A stretch of DNA of 64,000 bases from Isurus oxyrinchus (lineage: Eukaryota), in NCBI GenBank assembly GCA_026770705.1, contig JANJGN010000146.1:992001-1056000 (forward strand), read 5' to 3'. The notes beneath the pieces are model-generated. The model was not told the origin of the DNA, searched no databases, and was given only the letters and a program-made list of their open reading frames with translations. How positions within the stretch are numbered: position 1 is the first letter of the stretch; each line of letters begins with the position of its first letter. Shown here piece after piece: positions 25,401 to 38,681 of the stretch. The position numbers were made by a program, and so were the translations under genes.

Positions 25401-27359
25401 CTCATTGTTGCTTCTTAGCTCCACCCAAGTTGAATCTACATTTAGATTTTCTAAGCCAATATCCCTCTCTCACTATCGCACTGATTTCATCGACATGGTT
25501 TCCTTCAAGTGTGAAAAGCTCAATTTATGTATGATTGTTTTCCACAGAGATGGGGCCTGCTGGTCCATAATGAGTGTGAAATGACTCAGGTCTGCACAGT
25601 AATTCTCAACGTCCACATCTCATTTCTCGACACCGGTGTTCAAAGGGGACTGGTTCAGTTATACACTGTTACTTCTGGCGTGGGCTGCTCCAGTTCAACC
25701 TCATTCGATTCAATGTTAACAATCCCAAATCATCAGTATTGCAAGCAATGAGATCTCTTTAAAATCATCGTAGTTAGGTTTAGTGTGCACATTGCTTCTT
25801 CAGTACGGTTACATTCAGTGTGTGCAGGTCCAGTTGTGAGCAATATCTACTATTCTGGACTGGTCTTTTTCAGCAGTATTATATGTTTATCGTGACAATG
25901 AACAGCATTTTTTGATTCTAACCTGTAACAAGGGATCCAGGTGTGCAGAATGTATTCAGTAAGGATACAGCAGAATGTTACCAATTCAAGGATGAGGACG
26001 TCAAACATCTTCCCCTTGGAATTTAATGTAATTGCGATAGTCGAACCCCCTACGTCAACATTCGGGGCAGCGTGATAGGGTGATCCTGAGGCCGAGGCAC
26101 ATACCATTGTGAAATTGTTTTAAATCATAACATGGCAGCTAATTCATTTAATGCGACTAGATTATCAAGCTTGTCTCGGTAACTGTGCCCACAAAAAACG
26201 GTCATCGATTGTTACAAACACCCATCTGCTTCACGAATGTCCTTTAGGGAAGACAATGTGCCGTCCTTACCCGATCTGGCCTACATGCGGCTGCAGACCC
26301 ACGGTAAAATGTCTGCCTCTTAACTGCGCTCAAATTGATAACAAATATGGCCTTCTGATCGAGGCCCACATCCCATGGGGTAAAAAAATCAAGTTATCAG
26401 TATTCTGTGACTGCACCTTCCAAAGTCCGGGTTTTACTGTGTTGAAAAACAAAGGTAACAGGCACAGAAACACCAGCAGCTGCATCTCACTAACGCTCGA
26501 AACTTGAAAATATTTTTCATCACTTGGTCAAACTGTGAAACTTCCTGCCTTGCAGTATTATGGATGAAGATAGCGCACATGGACTGAAGGGGCTCAAGAA
26601 GGCAGCTCACCACGAAATTCTAAAGAAAATTAGCAATTCGCAATAAAGATTGACCTTGCCACCTAGGGCCATATTGCAGGGATAAATAGAAAAGGTGGTA
26701 TCAGTATTGAGTGGAGACAATATTGCAGTCCTAGTAAGAATGTCTTCCTCATATCAAACACATAACCCAACTGCTGGGAGCTGATAAATCGCACTTGAGC
26801 TGCCACGCTACCTGGGATGTTCCATCGGACGCAGAACAGTGGGAAGATGAGAGACGTTTACGTTGCAAAGAGTTAAAAAGAATTATTCAAAAATGCATTG
26901 CAAACAGGAATATGAAACTTTCAATCACCCCACATATTGTGGCAGATTTCTATTATCGTTAGAATATCATATTCCCCTTTGACCAATCTTGGTACTTTTA
27001 AGCACATGCACTCCGATACTTCTATGTATGTTTCAGTATTAATAAATTACTTGGGTCAACGCACAGTCCACAGCAACACCGTTTTGCTCAATGTGACCGA
27101 AGCTATGGGCAAAAATAGGGATATTTTTAATTCATATAAAGCGCCTCCAAGCCAAATTCTCCACATGATGTTTCTTGCATGCACCTGGGATCGTGAAAAT
27201 GGCTTAAGTTTTAGATGCCACCCGATTGACCGAACTTCAATCAGCGCAGCTCTCCATTAATACTGCAATGAACTATTATTAATTTTAAATTTATGCTCAT
27301 GCCTCAAGGAAATCGACCCCACACCACATGCTCCAAATTTTCCATCACTTAAGTGGCCA

Positions 27360-28640
27360 ACGTTCCAGGGAAGGACAGGGAAACATTACAAAGATACCAC
27401 GAAACTCTTCGTGAAGCACAGCGCCATTCACATGAATGATTTCGACCAACCATTAACAAAAATGGGGAGACTTTCCATCACTTTGCTTGTAATGCAATGT
27501 AGACTAATGTGGCGATATTTGACCGGAATGGATTTTTCCTTCCTTTTCTGGACAGGCCATATTTTGGCAGCTTCCAATTGTTTGAGTCATTGCCAGCTTT
27601 CTCAGATGTGCAGAAGTCGGAAATAGAGCCGGCTCATTCTGAAGCACTAATCTTCAATTCTACAGGCGGCTCTTTTATCGGGCCCGTTGCATATTTTGTA
27701 CTCAATCGTCTTTTATATTAAATGAAAACAATCGAATTGGGTGAGGACAGAACCCTGGGACGATAGAGACCTCAGGAGGAGTCTGAGATGGATCTTCCAC
27801 TCGGAAGTTCTGGCTGAATGTGGATTAAAATCCTTCAGCCATCTCTTTTTGCACCGATATGCTGGACTCCCCCATCTTTAGGGTTAGGGATGTTCGTGGA
27901 ATACCCTCTTTCTCTTTATTCTTTTATTGCCCACCGCTATTCATGATTGGATGTGGAAGGATTGCAGATCTTTGGTTTGACCAATTCTTTGTGGGATATC
28001 TTAGTGCTGTCAATCACATGCTTTTTCAGTTGCTTGGCATGCACAGGTTTCTGTTTTTTTACTTCACCAGGTTGAAACCTCCTTTTTAGGTCCGGTGGGT
28101 GCAGGCCCTGGCATGCTGTCCGACACCATTCACTTTATCAGAATTGATCCCTTCATATGTTTGTAATGTCCAAGTGAGGGATATAACGGGCCATGAGTTT
28201 ACAAACTAACATTTGATTCAATGCTATAGCTGCTGATGGCTCACTGCACCTAATGGAAATACGGCTTTGATTTTCTTGATTTGATTTAGCACAATGGTAG
28301 CGCCACACAGCATGACAGTGTGACAGTTTTCAAGTTTACATAGAATGCGTACTGGAGGCTTCTCCCAATACTATGGTGGACAGGTGCATCTACATCTGCT
28401 ACAGGTAGTTTAGTTATGATCAGGTAAGATGTGTTCTTTCCTCTCTTTGGCTCTCTCATCACCTCCTACAGGCAACTTCCATAGGCATGCAGCCAGGTCA
28501 ATTTTTATTGGTGCTTCGGAGACACGCTTGGTGATGGACACTGAAGCCCCCTGAGATCATTCTGCGACCTTGCAACTCTTAGTCTGTCTTGCAAGTGGCA
28601 TTCAACATGGAGCAGCACTGATTCTTCAGGGAAGTATGGG
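27360..28640 (-). mobile_element. Degraded LINE ORF2 fragment (HER1-like)
   Basis: Same family as 1-268 and 41840-42060; heavily mutated. Confidence 0.5.
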
Positions 28641-28959
28641 AAGGGGAGCGGGTGGTCTTGTAGGGTCGGGGGGGGGCGGGGTGGAATCAGCTGGAGGCAC
28701 TTGTTCAATAGGGACGGTGTGCAAAACAACAGAGCTGCGACCAGTAATGTTGCACAGCTAGTGTAGTTGCGAATAATTTAAACTAAATTAGCCAAGCCTG
28801 TGCTCGCCCAATTATTGAAATAAAAGGAAGAAACAAGATGAAGAAGGCAATGCTAGTTTCAGATAAAACTGGAAACGCAACATTTAACCTTTTTCATAGA
28901 CAATACTACGAGAACTCTGACATATCAGAATGTTGGAAACAGTTAGGAAGAGGACTTCC

Positions 28960-29530
28960 GATTTCAAAAGTCTACAGCATCTGAATAAAAGTGGCAGATG
29001 GGACTTAACCCAGGAAATGCTAGATTTAGTAAAATGGCCAGTGAGGAACAACATCCATTTAATGTTAAGGTTCTAAACAGTGCGTAAGGACAGAGGGACC
29101 TGAGGGTCCATGTAAATTGATATTCAAAGGTGCCATGACATGTTGAAAGTATCGTTACAACAGGCTTTGGAATTTTCGAGTTCATAAATCGAGAAAGTGA
29201 GCATAAATACGAGGAAGCTGTGCTGAAACAATTTACACTCTGGTTAGACCATAATTAAATTGCTGTGTCCGTTTCTGGTCACCATGCACCAGGTAAAATG
29301 TTTGTGTCCTTTATGCAGTGTAGAGGAGATTTACTCGAATGTTAACAGGGATGCAGCTCCTTGGCAGCAATATTCTGTGAGTGGAGCTTGGGTTGTTCTC
29401 ATCGGAGGAAAGGGAATTGATGAGATGTTTGGTAGAAACTTCCTAGATTAAACGGGTTGAGATAAGGTAGACAGCAGAAAATATGTTCCCAGTTACCAAT
29501 CGTAAAGTTGCTTGGGTGCAACGTTTTAAG
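28960..29530 (+). mobile_element. CR1 LINE 3' fragment
   Basis: aaagtggcagatgg...cagagggacctgagggtcc...ctggttagacc...ttctggtcacca. Confidence 0.65.
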
Positions 29531-29554
29531 GAACGCGTGAAGGTTGATTTATGA

Positions 29555-32500
29555 GTTCCCAGGCATTCTGTTTCTTGTGTTGACAGGATTATTGGCAATG
29601 ATACGGATGCTGCATAATATAGTTTAATTGTTACTTCAATATTGTAATTTACACCTCAATTTCTTCATTAAACGGGTCATTTATTTTACATGCTTAGATG
29701 TTAATTTTACATTGATATTGATGTAAATTTAACTCACGATGGTTGCGGTGTGTACAAAGCTCATCTAATTTGTTGATGGATCATGCAAATACAGTTGAAT
29801 TGACAGGGAGTGACAGCTGATTCGCAGGATTTGTATGTGGGCCTCAGCTTTTCACCGCATTTAGAAGGATCAAAATGAAGCAACAGTAAGTTTCGTATCC
29901 AAATTGCTGCAGAAAATAAGCCATGTGGTACAGTAAATAGTTTAGAGAAGAACAGGACATTGCGAAGGGTTGTTGTTGGATAACTGAATGAGCAAACTGT
30001 GGGAGAAAGAATACAATTTGTGGAAGGGTGTTTTTCTCTGGTGCTTTATGTTTAACCATTGCACGTCACCATATTTTCTAATTAGCGTGAAACTATAAAT
30101 GATAGTGGTAAGTATTTTCCATGTTTTTGTTCACCCGCCACATGTTTATTGGTGTTCAATTTGCATTGCGTAACTTTAACATCAATCATTGCAGTCGATG
30201 AACTGTTATGAAGACCATTTTTAACTCCGTTGCTGCTGTTAACAACTGCATTCAATTCTCTTTAGAAGTGCACTTTGTTTTCAAGACTGTGCGATACCCT
30301 TTGGAGCCGGAATTAATTATATTCGTAGCCACTTTATTTAGCTCAACTAAATTTTGAAATCTCAGTGTTCGTTCGGAAAGCCCTGGGTTTGTTCCCTACT
30401 TCCGAACTGGTGTCTGTAGCCCAGCTCCATGCCGCTGAGATAGTCCAGCACTTTCTACTCTGTGGTCCTTCTGACGAGGCTGTAAACCGAGGTCTTTCTG
30501 CTTTATCAGTTGAAAATCCTCACTACTGCTGCGAGACCTAATCTCCCACTACAGCAGTCACTGAACTGAAAAAACGCCTTTGATGCGCTTTGTCTTGCTT
30601 CCACAGGGACAAAACCCAAGTTGAATCAATGGTGTTCGCTTAGATTTTCTTTTTCAACGTACATTGGTTCCTTCTGATATTTATTAGGATTTCGTTATTA
30701 CCCATACCTTATTTCCTGTCATTCGATTGGTTTCTTTATTATAGTGATTTAAAGTTTCATAACGTTATTATTTACTGTATTTATAAATGAATAAATGTAT
30801 TGAGCTTTTATCTGTATTTTTATGCCATTTTCAGGTTGTCCTTTTGCCAACTTAATACGTTAGTGAAGATCAATTCCTTCTACTTCTAGATTACATAAAA
30901 TGTACATCAATCGGAAAGTAACAGTTTTGTGTCATTTTATATTCCGACTTCCACTTTATCGGAGACAATATAAATAAAAAATGGACCAGAATTAATGCAT
31001 TGGTAAACTAATCAGTTCCAGCGTTGAATGAAGTATCGATGGCCCATGTGCCATACCATTCTCCCGCCAAACGAACATAGTAGCTGGGAGATTCAGCACT
31101 AATTCTTCCCTTCTCTCTCATCTCTTTCTCTCTCTCTCTCTCTCGCTTGCAGCTAACTTTCTGACTATCGTGATCCGTTCCCGAGGAAGATGTGGTCTTT
31201 CCAGATACGCAGTATCCATGGCGGTGACAGATCTCCATGTTATTATCATTACACTGGTATTAAGCCGGTGTTCGGCTGTTTATTTTCCAGTCAGTTTTCT
31301 GAGCCACTCAAAAGACGAGACAGAAACATTCTAAATCTGAATTCATTGTATTCTACGTATTTTTTTCCGGAATTAGGTCTTTTCAATCTTTGTTTAACCG
31401 TGAAGGCTTGAGGGTCAGATGTTTACTGTCTAGCTTCTACCGGATGTTTGGCTGCCCTCCAACAGTAAAAGATTCAAGATTGCTTAATGTGTTCCCGCGA
31501 TTTCTGTGTCGTGTGTTGACGGACTTTTTGGCAATGATACAAATGCTGCACAATGTAGTTTAATTGTTACTTCATTAATGTCATTAATTCTTGAATTTCT
31601 TAGTTAAACAGGTCGTTTATTGTACTTGCCTAGATGTTAATTTACAGTGATATCGATGTAAATTTAAGTCACGATGGCTGTGGTATATGCAATGTTCATC
31701 TAATTTGTTGATGGATACTGTGAATACAGTTCAACTGACAGGGGGTGACAGCTGATTCGCACGATTTGTATTTGGGTCTCAGCTTTTCACCGCATTTAGG
31801 AGGTTAAAAAATGAGGCAACAGTAAGTTTCGTATCCAAATTGCTGCCGAAAATAAGCCATGTGGCACAGTAAATATTTTGGTTAAGAAGAGGACATTGCG
31901 AAGGGTTGTTGTTGGATAACTGAATGAGCAAACTGTGGGAGAAGGAATATAATTTATGGAAGGGTGTTTTTTGTGGCGCTTTGAGCTTAGCCATTAGGGA
32001 TCAGCATATTTTCCAATTGGCGGGAAACCATAAATATTAGTGGTATGTATTTTTCTATATTTTTGTTTACCCTCCACATGTTTATTCGTAAATTTATCAA
32101 ATAGTTGCTATCGATGAACTGTTATGAAGACTTTTTTTAACTCTGTTGCTACTACTAACTGCTCCATTCAATTCTCCTAAAATGCATTTTGTTGTCAAGG
32201 CTGTGTGATACCCATCGGAGCCAGTATTTATTATGCTCATAGCCACTTTATTTCGGGGATCTAAATTTTGAAATATCAGCGTTCAAGCCCTGGGTTTGAG
32301 CCCTACTCCCGATCTCGAGTTCCTAACCTAGCTGCATACTCCTGAGGAAGGACAGCACTATTTGCTCTGTCGCACATTTAATCAGACTCTAAGTGGAGGT
32401 CTTTCTGCTTCTTCAATTGAAAATCTTCACTAATAATGCGAAAACTAATCTCGCACTACAGCAATCATTGAGCTGCAAAAAAACCGCTCATGTTCTTTGC

Positions 32501-33215
32501 CCTGTTTCCACAGGAACAAAACCCGAATTGAATCAATGGCGTTCGCTCAACTTTATTTCCCATCGTCCCGTGGTTCCCTCATTTATTTATTTGGAATGAG
32601 TTATTATCCATATCTTATTTCCTGTCATTCTATTGCTTTAGGTATTATAGCAGTTCCATAACATTTCATAACGTTATTATTTACCGCATTTTAAACGAGT
32701 AAATGTATTGATTTATTATCTGTACGTTATGCCAACTTCAGGCTGCCCTTTTGCCAATTTAATACGTTAGTCTTGTTCAATTCCTTCTACTTCCAGATTG
32801 CATAAACTTTACAAGAATCAGAAAATAAGTGTTTTGCGTTATTTCATGTTCCAACTTCCAATTTATTTGGGACAATATTAATAAAAAAAAACAGCCGTAC
32901 TACATTGCTAAATTAATCAGTTCCAGCGTTGAATCAAGTATTCATGATGCAAATTCCATACCCTCTCCCACCAAACCGCAGCTGTAGCTGAGAGGTTCGG
33001 CACTAATTCTGTTCTTTTCTCTCTCCTCTCTCTCTCTCTCTCTCTGCCTTACAGCTAACTTTCTAATGATTGTGATCTTTTCCAGAGGAATATGTGGTCT
33101 CTCCTGATGTATCACGCAGTATCTGGTATTCATGGTGGTGACAGATTTCCTTGTCATTAGCATTACCGTGACATTAAGCTCATTTCCAGCTGTTTATTTT
33201 CCAGTCAGTTTTCTG
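29555..33215 (+). repeat. ~1.9-kb direct tandem duplication (29555-31301 and 31490-33215) containing intron sequence and the start of GPCR exon 2
   Basis: Colinear blocks, e.g. ttggcaatgatac...tttaattgttacttca and cagtaagtttcgtatccaaattgctgc, recur ~1935 nt apart. Confidence 0.9.
31153..31301 (+). pseudogene. Truncated GPR139-like exon 2 fragment (TM1-ECL1 only)
   Basis: (CT)n plus ttgcAG acceptor, then ANFLTIVIRSRGRCGLSRYAVSMAVTDL...YFPVSFL. It has an internal deletion and homology ends abruptly at ~31301. Confidence 0.85.
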
Positions 33216-33956
33216 TCCAGCATTCCTCTATGTCGTCTTTGTTGCTTTAAACTTTGCTTCCAAATGTTGTACTCTCTGGTCAACCTTCAAATTCACCTTT
33301 TACTGCTTCTTAACCATTTGTCACCAGGAGCTGGAAATGGAATACTGCACTTAGAAAACAGCAACTGGAAATTTAGGAATGATCTGTGTGCTGTCCTCTT
33401 TGATAAACACCCTTTTTATTTCATAAATGAACCTATTTATATCGTTAACAATGTAACTCGGTGCTCTCTCATAGATGATGCATTTTATATTTCATTTCCA
33501 TGGAGAATGTTTGACTGGCTGGACTGTATTCTAACTCCATGTCTTTCCTTTCTCCTGATTTTGCTGCTCGATATTGAGAATTTCTGAAATATTCTACTGG
33601 CAAGTAGATCCTGCAGCAGACTTTGATCCCAAAGGAATGGAGAGAATCAGAGTGTCTCCGAGATGAAGAGCCACAGCAAGTCTATTGTTGTACTCTTCTC
33701 CATCTCAGGCAGTTTCCTCCAGCTGGTCTTAACGCATATTGTACGTTTCCTGTTTGCACAAAGTATGGGAAATAGCTGATCAGTTCCATTTCCATTGACA
33801 CAAAATATATTCTGCAGCAAAGCTTATAGTTTTTTAACTCCTTAGACCCTGTAGCAATACATTTATATACGCAGGGACCCAGACGAAATACAAAGCGGAG
33901 CTGAAAAGGGCGTTTAAATACTCTTTCAATCTATTGCCAAATGGCACAAACTGTGA
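33055..33956 (+). pseudogene. Full-length but disabled GPR139-like exon 2
   Basis: Acceptor ccttacAG|CTAAC. There is a premature TGA in GLS*CITQYL and several frameshifts and stops, but FPVSFLSSIPLC, LTPCLSFLLILL and YAGTQTKYKAELK remain recognisable. Confidence 0.9.
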
Positions 33957-35225
33957 CAATGGCGGGATAGTTATTTGAAGTCTTTGCGATCACAAGAGAT
34001 GAGAGTCGGTGTAAGTGTTTCGGCCCAACAATCCAGCTCCAACATACAGTAAGTTCATGAATGATGTGATCCTGGCCTTAACTCCGTTTTCCTGTCAGAC
34101 TGAGTAACCATTGGATCCCCTGTCGATCAATAATTTGTCTAACGATGCCTTGAATATATTTAGTGCCCCTGCCGCCTCTTGTTTTCTGTAGCAGACAATT
34201 CCAAAGTCTCTGGAACCTCCTCATCCCCTGGTACTTTCCCTATGAGCCTTCCTTTATCATTAACAATAGACCTGGATTTTGTCATGGAAAATCACAATGA
34301 ATAAAATCTCTCTGGCTGAGATCAGTCTTCACTGAAAATCATTCTGCAGAACTGTAATTGCGCAAATTGAATGTAAGCTCATTGATCAAGCCAACTGCAC
34401 AAGAAGCATAGCTGCTGGGAAGTTAAAAGGTTCATGCTGGCAGTAACAGTGATCAATTGGGACTGCCCACGACAATGAACTTCAGAAGCTCACATTAAAA
34501 GTAAGAATGCAGAACCAAACCAGTCCAGTCTGAATGCAAATATCCTTGTACACACTTATTAGCACCGAGCAGACTTTGATAAGTCTGCACGAAACAAAAC
34601 CATGCTCAGCCGGTCCTGTCTCCATCGATAGAAAGTGTTCACAGCCGGGGCTGTGCACATGGTTTGTAGTTGTGTTCCACCGGACAAAGTTGACAATAAC
34701 CGAGCAAAAATTCGTTTATGTACATTCAGTGTAACAGGATAGAAATTGGCCTGTTCGTACTGAGTGCAGCTGTGCGCAATTTAACCTGAATGCAGTGAAT
34801 GCAATTTACTGAACTGGACAGTCACAACGGTATGATTTATTCCTAAACTGGTTTTCCACTAAACAGTGATTGCAAGCGGGCTGAACGGGACTCTTTACAT
34901 GGCATATAACCATGTCGACCTGGAGCGCTCCACCATTAATTTAATGGTGCACATTGTGCTCAACAGGAGGTTGTGTTCTCTGCATGTGAGAGCACTGAGC
35001 TTAGCCTGAAAGCACCAAGCACACACGTCATGAACTGGATCTTGCCACACAAAAAGTAAATTCACACACCAGTGCACATTCGTTATTGCCGGGATTGACA
35101 TGGCTACACAAACTGATTTGAACTAGTCCACAATGGAAGTAACTGTGCCAAACTAGGTGTGCGCACTGTGAATATAACCGTGCTGAGCTGCACATTTCTA
35201 CATTGAATGTAAACACCCTGAATGG

Positions 35226-36900
35226 AATTAAACAGGAAACGATGGAAATACTCAAGATATCCGGCAGCATGTACGAAGAGAGAGAAACAGAAACCGTTTC
35301 AGGGCCGGGACCATTTATCAGAGTTGGCAAAAGTAACAGACGGAACAGTTTTCATGCAAGTATAGAGGCAAAAAACGGATGTGGGGGAAAGGGATCAAAA
35401 GGAGATGCTTCTGGCAAAGGGGAAAACAGGAGAAATCAAATGACAAAAGCAGTGATGGCGGAAGTCAACGTGTAACAAGGAAAAGCAGAAGAGGAATGTT
35501 GAAAAGACGGCAAACTGCATATAACAGAATCGAAATCAACAAATGTTTTCCCAACGCAACAACAAAGAGCAAAGAAGGAAGAAAAATGCAGTTGGTGTGA
35601 TCACGAATGTGGAAATGTATGGAAAATCCAAAAGCCCAGAAAGTGCGTTAAGGAAATATGAGATTTTACTCCTGGAGCACAGGTTCCATTTCCTTGAAGC
35701 AGTAGGAGGGTTCAATCACAGTCATGTCAAAGTGAGAGCGGAACAGATAATTAGGGTGACAAACTACCAGAAGATCACACTTGTGGACTGAATGGATGTA
35801 CCTGAGAAATGATCACCGATCTACATTTAACCTCCAGAATGTGGAGCAGGCTGCATATTGAGCAGTGAACAGGGTATACTCAATGGACAGAAGTTCAAAC
35901 AAATCGATTTTCCATTTTGAAGCCGTGTTTGGGACGTAGGAAAAAGAGAAGGACAAAGAGACAGGAGCTGGTGTTGCATGTTCATTGTGTGCATGGGAAA
36001 GCTCTTCGGAAAAGGAAGGGTTGAATTGATTGAGGAGGAGACAAGTGCAGAGTGGAGCAAATGACCCATTCTCAATGTTAAAGAGTAGAGGCGAGTTGAA
36101 CATATTGGGTGGTGACAACGTGCCGGAGGAGTTTGAAAATGCAGAGGTGGACCAAATGATACAAGAGATGTGTGGAATGGTAGGCAAGGGCAAGGAGAAG
36201 CCTATTGTGGATCTTGGAGGGGGAGAAGGTGTGAAAGCAGAAGTCTGAGACTTGTTACACGCACGGCGCTGGGTTCTGTCAACCACGGTGCGCTGGAAAA
36301 ACTCGGCTGAAGTAATTGGAAGCTCTATTGGAGAGAGCTAGAAGGGATAATCGAACATATTCAGCAGAAACTGAGATTCTGAGAGAACGGAAAAGTTCCT
36401 TTCCAGTAAGCGAGGTGCATGGATGTGTATTCAAGACAGTTGGTTGTTGGTGAGCTTCTGTTGAATATTAGGCCATAGCCAATTCCCCGATGTGTCCACA
36501 TCAAAGTGGCAGAAGGAAATATAAATTTCAAACATGGAGCAAATAAGGGCATGGGGAGGGTTACATTCCAAAGCAAACGTAACCTCATTTTCCAGTTCAG
36601 GGGTTGAACGAGATCAACACTGATCTGGTCATGAATATACCAGGAAGAAGTGTGATGGAGGTGCCTGAGTGGGACTGGAACAATGATTCTGCTACAAATC
36701 CATCTAAAAGCCAAACAGAAATAGGACAGAAGCCAACACCCATAGCATTGGCGTTTCATTTACAGAGTTAATTGAGACACTTTTCGTCGTGAGTTGACGT
36801 CCAAGCAGGCAGAGAGGCTGAGGGCGGATGGCTACTGATTGGTTCCTCATTCCAGAAGGGAAAGGGAGCCACATTACACGTGATCCGTGTTCACACGGGC
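35226..36900 (-). mobile_element. Degraded Penelope-like retroelement upstream of paralog C
   Basis: Terminal hairpin-family sequence at 35226-35330, followed by an antisense purine-rich Penelope body similar to 61750-62300. Confidence 0.6.
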
Positions 36901-37175
36901 TGAAAAATGATTAAGAGTGAGAAATTTGTAATGTTTTCCTGCGGAGTTTAAAGCCATGGATGCTCGTGCACAGTGTTCACTTTCACAATTACAATGGCTT
37001 ATTTGGCTTGTTATTTAAATTTTAGGCAAAAATGCAACTTGGACCGTACTCTCCTGTCTGATTATTTCAATTTGGAGCCGTGCCAGTGTCCTTGAAAACA
37101 GATTCCATTCCATCAAAAATATAAACGCGAGCGCGGCAGCGGCTGCACTAAAATGTTTTTTTTTTTCAGTTGGTG

Positions 37176-37231
37176 TAATTAATGTAAAAGGCCTTCTCGC
37201 TGTCTTCCTAGAGGCCGACATCATGTATAAA
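37176..37231 (+). promoter_or_regulatory. Proximal promoter of paralog C: TAATTAAT, degenerate Ebf site TGTCTTCCTAGAG (37201-37213), TATAAA (37226-37231)
   Basis: Aligns by eye with the promoters of B and D at the same offsets from the ATG. Confidence 0.6.
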
Positions 37232-37282
37232 TGTAACAGTCTTTCGGTGTAGCACAGAGCACCCTTGGAGCTTATGAGAGAA

Positions 37283-37352
37283 ATGCATGGGATACCAGAA
37301 GGTCTGGTGTTCGCCATTTACTATCCCGTTCTTGCAGCTATCGGTATTCCAG
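37283..37352 (+). CDS. GPR139-like GPCR (paralog C), coding exon 1 (MHGIPEGLVFAIYYPVLAAIGIP)
   Basis: 70-nt exon with phase-1 donor CCAG|GTAAAG. An alternative in-frame ATG lies at 37274. Confidence 0.92.
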
Positions 37353-38113
37353 GTAAAGTATTAGGGTTAGTTACCAGTTACCAGAATCATTTTTCACTCT
37401 ATCACTTCCTTAATTTAGCTGTACTGCTTCTCTATGGTTCACCTCATTAACATGATAATTTGTTTTTTATAATGTATTCCCTTTTTCGCAGTATCTTTAT
37501 CTCCACGTTTAGTGAATTCTTCTTTTAAATGATATTAAACCCTCCCTTTCCTCGCAATATTACTGCTCGTTACTGGTCCATTTTCTCCACTTTAAGGGTA
37601 TCATTTCTCCCCTTCACGAGAACAGTTTCTTCCCATTGCCAGTATACTTACTTCCATTTCAGGGATTACTATGATTGCTTCACCAATGCCGTTTCATGTC
37701 TTTCACTAAAAAGTTTCTCCCACTTAGCAGTGCCGCCTCTCAGTCTAAATGTAATTAGATGTTGTTATTGTCATTATTAATGTGGGCGAAGTATTTAGCA
37801 CACTAATATCACACTGCAATGTAGATCTATTGTATTGTTGGCACTGTCACCATGGATGATTTATCACGCTGTAAATGTAGCTCTATTGTGTTGTTGACAC
37901 AACTATTGAATTACCTCATTTTGCTGTGTGCATATATTGCTCCTTGCGCTGGAATGTGACTAACAGCTATTTCTTAAGTTAGATTTTGTATTCACGAGTT
38001 ATTGGACCGGTCCTCAGTCTTTTGTTTTAGCTGAAATATAGCATATCGGGCAGTGCAACGTTGCTGAAGTCCAACAGTTGGGCATGAACGCTAAACCTTT
38101 TGACTCAAAAGTG

Positions 38114-38245
38114 AGATTGCTGCAAACTGAGCCACACCTGAACCATAGTAAGCATGATCAGCTTTACTCGTGGCTGTGAAGATTGCTGCAAACTAAGCCA
38201 CACCTGAACCATAGTAAGCATGATCAGCTTTAGTCGTGGCTCTGA
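38114..38245. repeat. 66-bp tandem duplication in the intron of paralog C
   Basis: agattgctgcaaact[g/a]agccacacctgaaccatagtaagcatgatcagcttta[c/g]tcgtggct[g/c]tga occurs twice. Confidence 0.95.
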
Positions 38246-38681
38246 AGCCTTGTTCCTTTAAATTCGAATTGTTACAGCTCAGATGCATCAGATCTCCTTC
38301 ATCTTCTTTTCAGTTAAGTAGTAGCTTTTTTTTGCTGAACTTTTTTCAAGCTCCATAAAGTATTTGTTAACCTTAGAATTTCCAATGTTCCAGAGTATTC
38401 TTATATTTTCTCGTCTCTAAACATTGAATGAGAACAACATCGATTGTATTTCAGAGTCACAATCCAGATCGTTCAAGGTTCTCCTTGGGTTAGCCCTCAG
38501 TGTTGCTGACAGTACAGAACAGATTGCTATGTTTTAGGATATTTTCCTCCAGATCATCTCTCTGACATGCTAACTTGTTCCTCTCTTTTCAACTGCTGCC
38601 TGACTGAGAATCTCCAACAGTTTATGTTCTAAATTTCTTTCTCAACATCTGCTATTCGCTGGCTGCGTTTCGCTGTCACAG

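Noticed and set aside
29783-29790. Octamer ATGCAAAT as a possible Ig-type promoter
   Set aside because: Not conserved in the duplicate unit, no leader or V exon follows, and an 8-mer is expected by chance in 64 kb.
30670-30740. tattacccatacc...cctgtcattcgattggtttc as a relic exon 1 of the pseudogenes
   Set aside because: The similarity needs several indels, there is no ATG or donor, and it is not supported by the duplicate copy.
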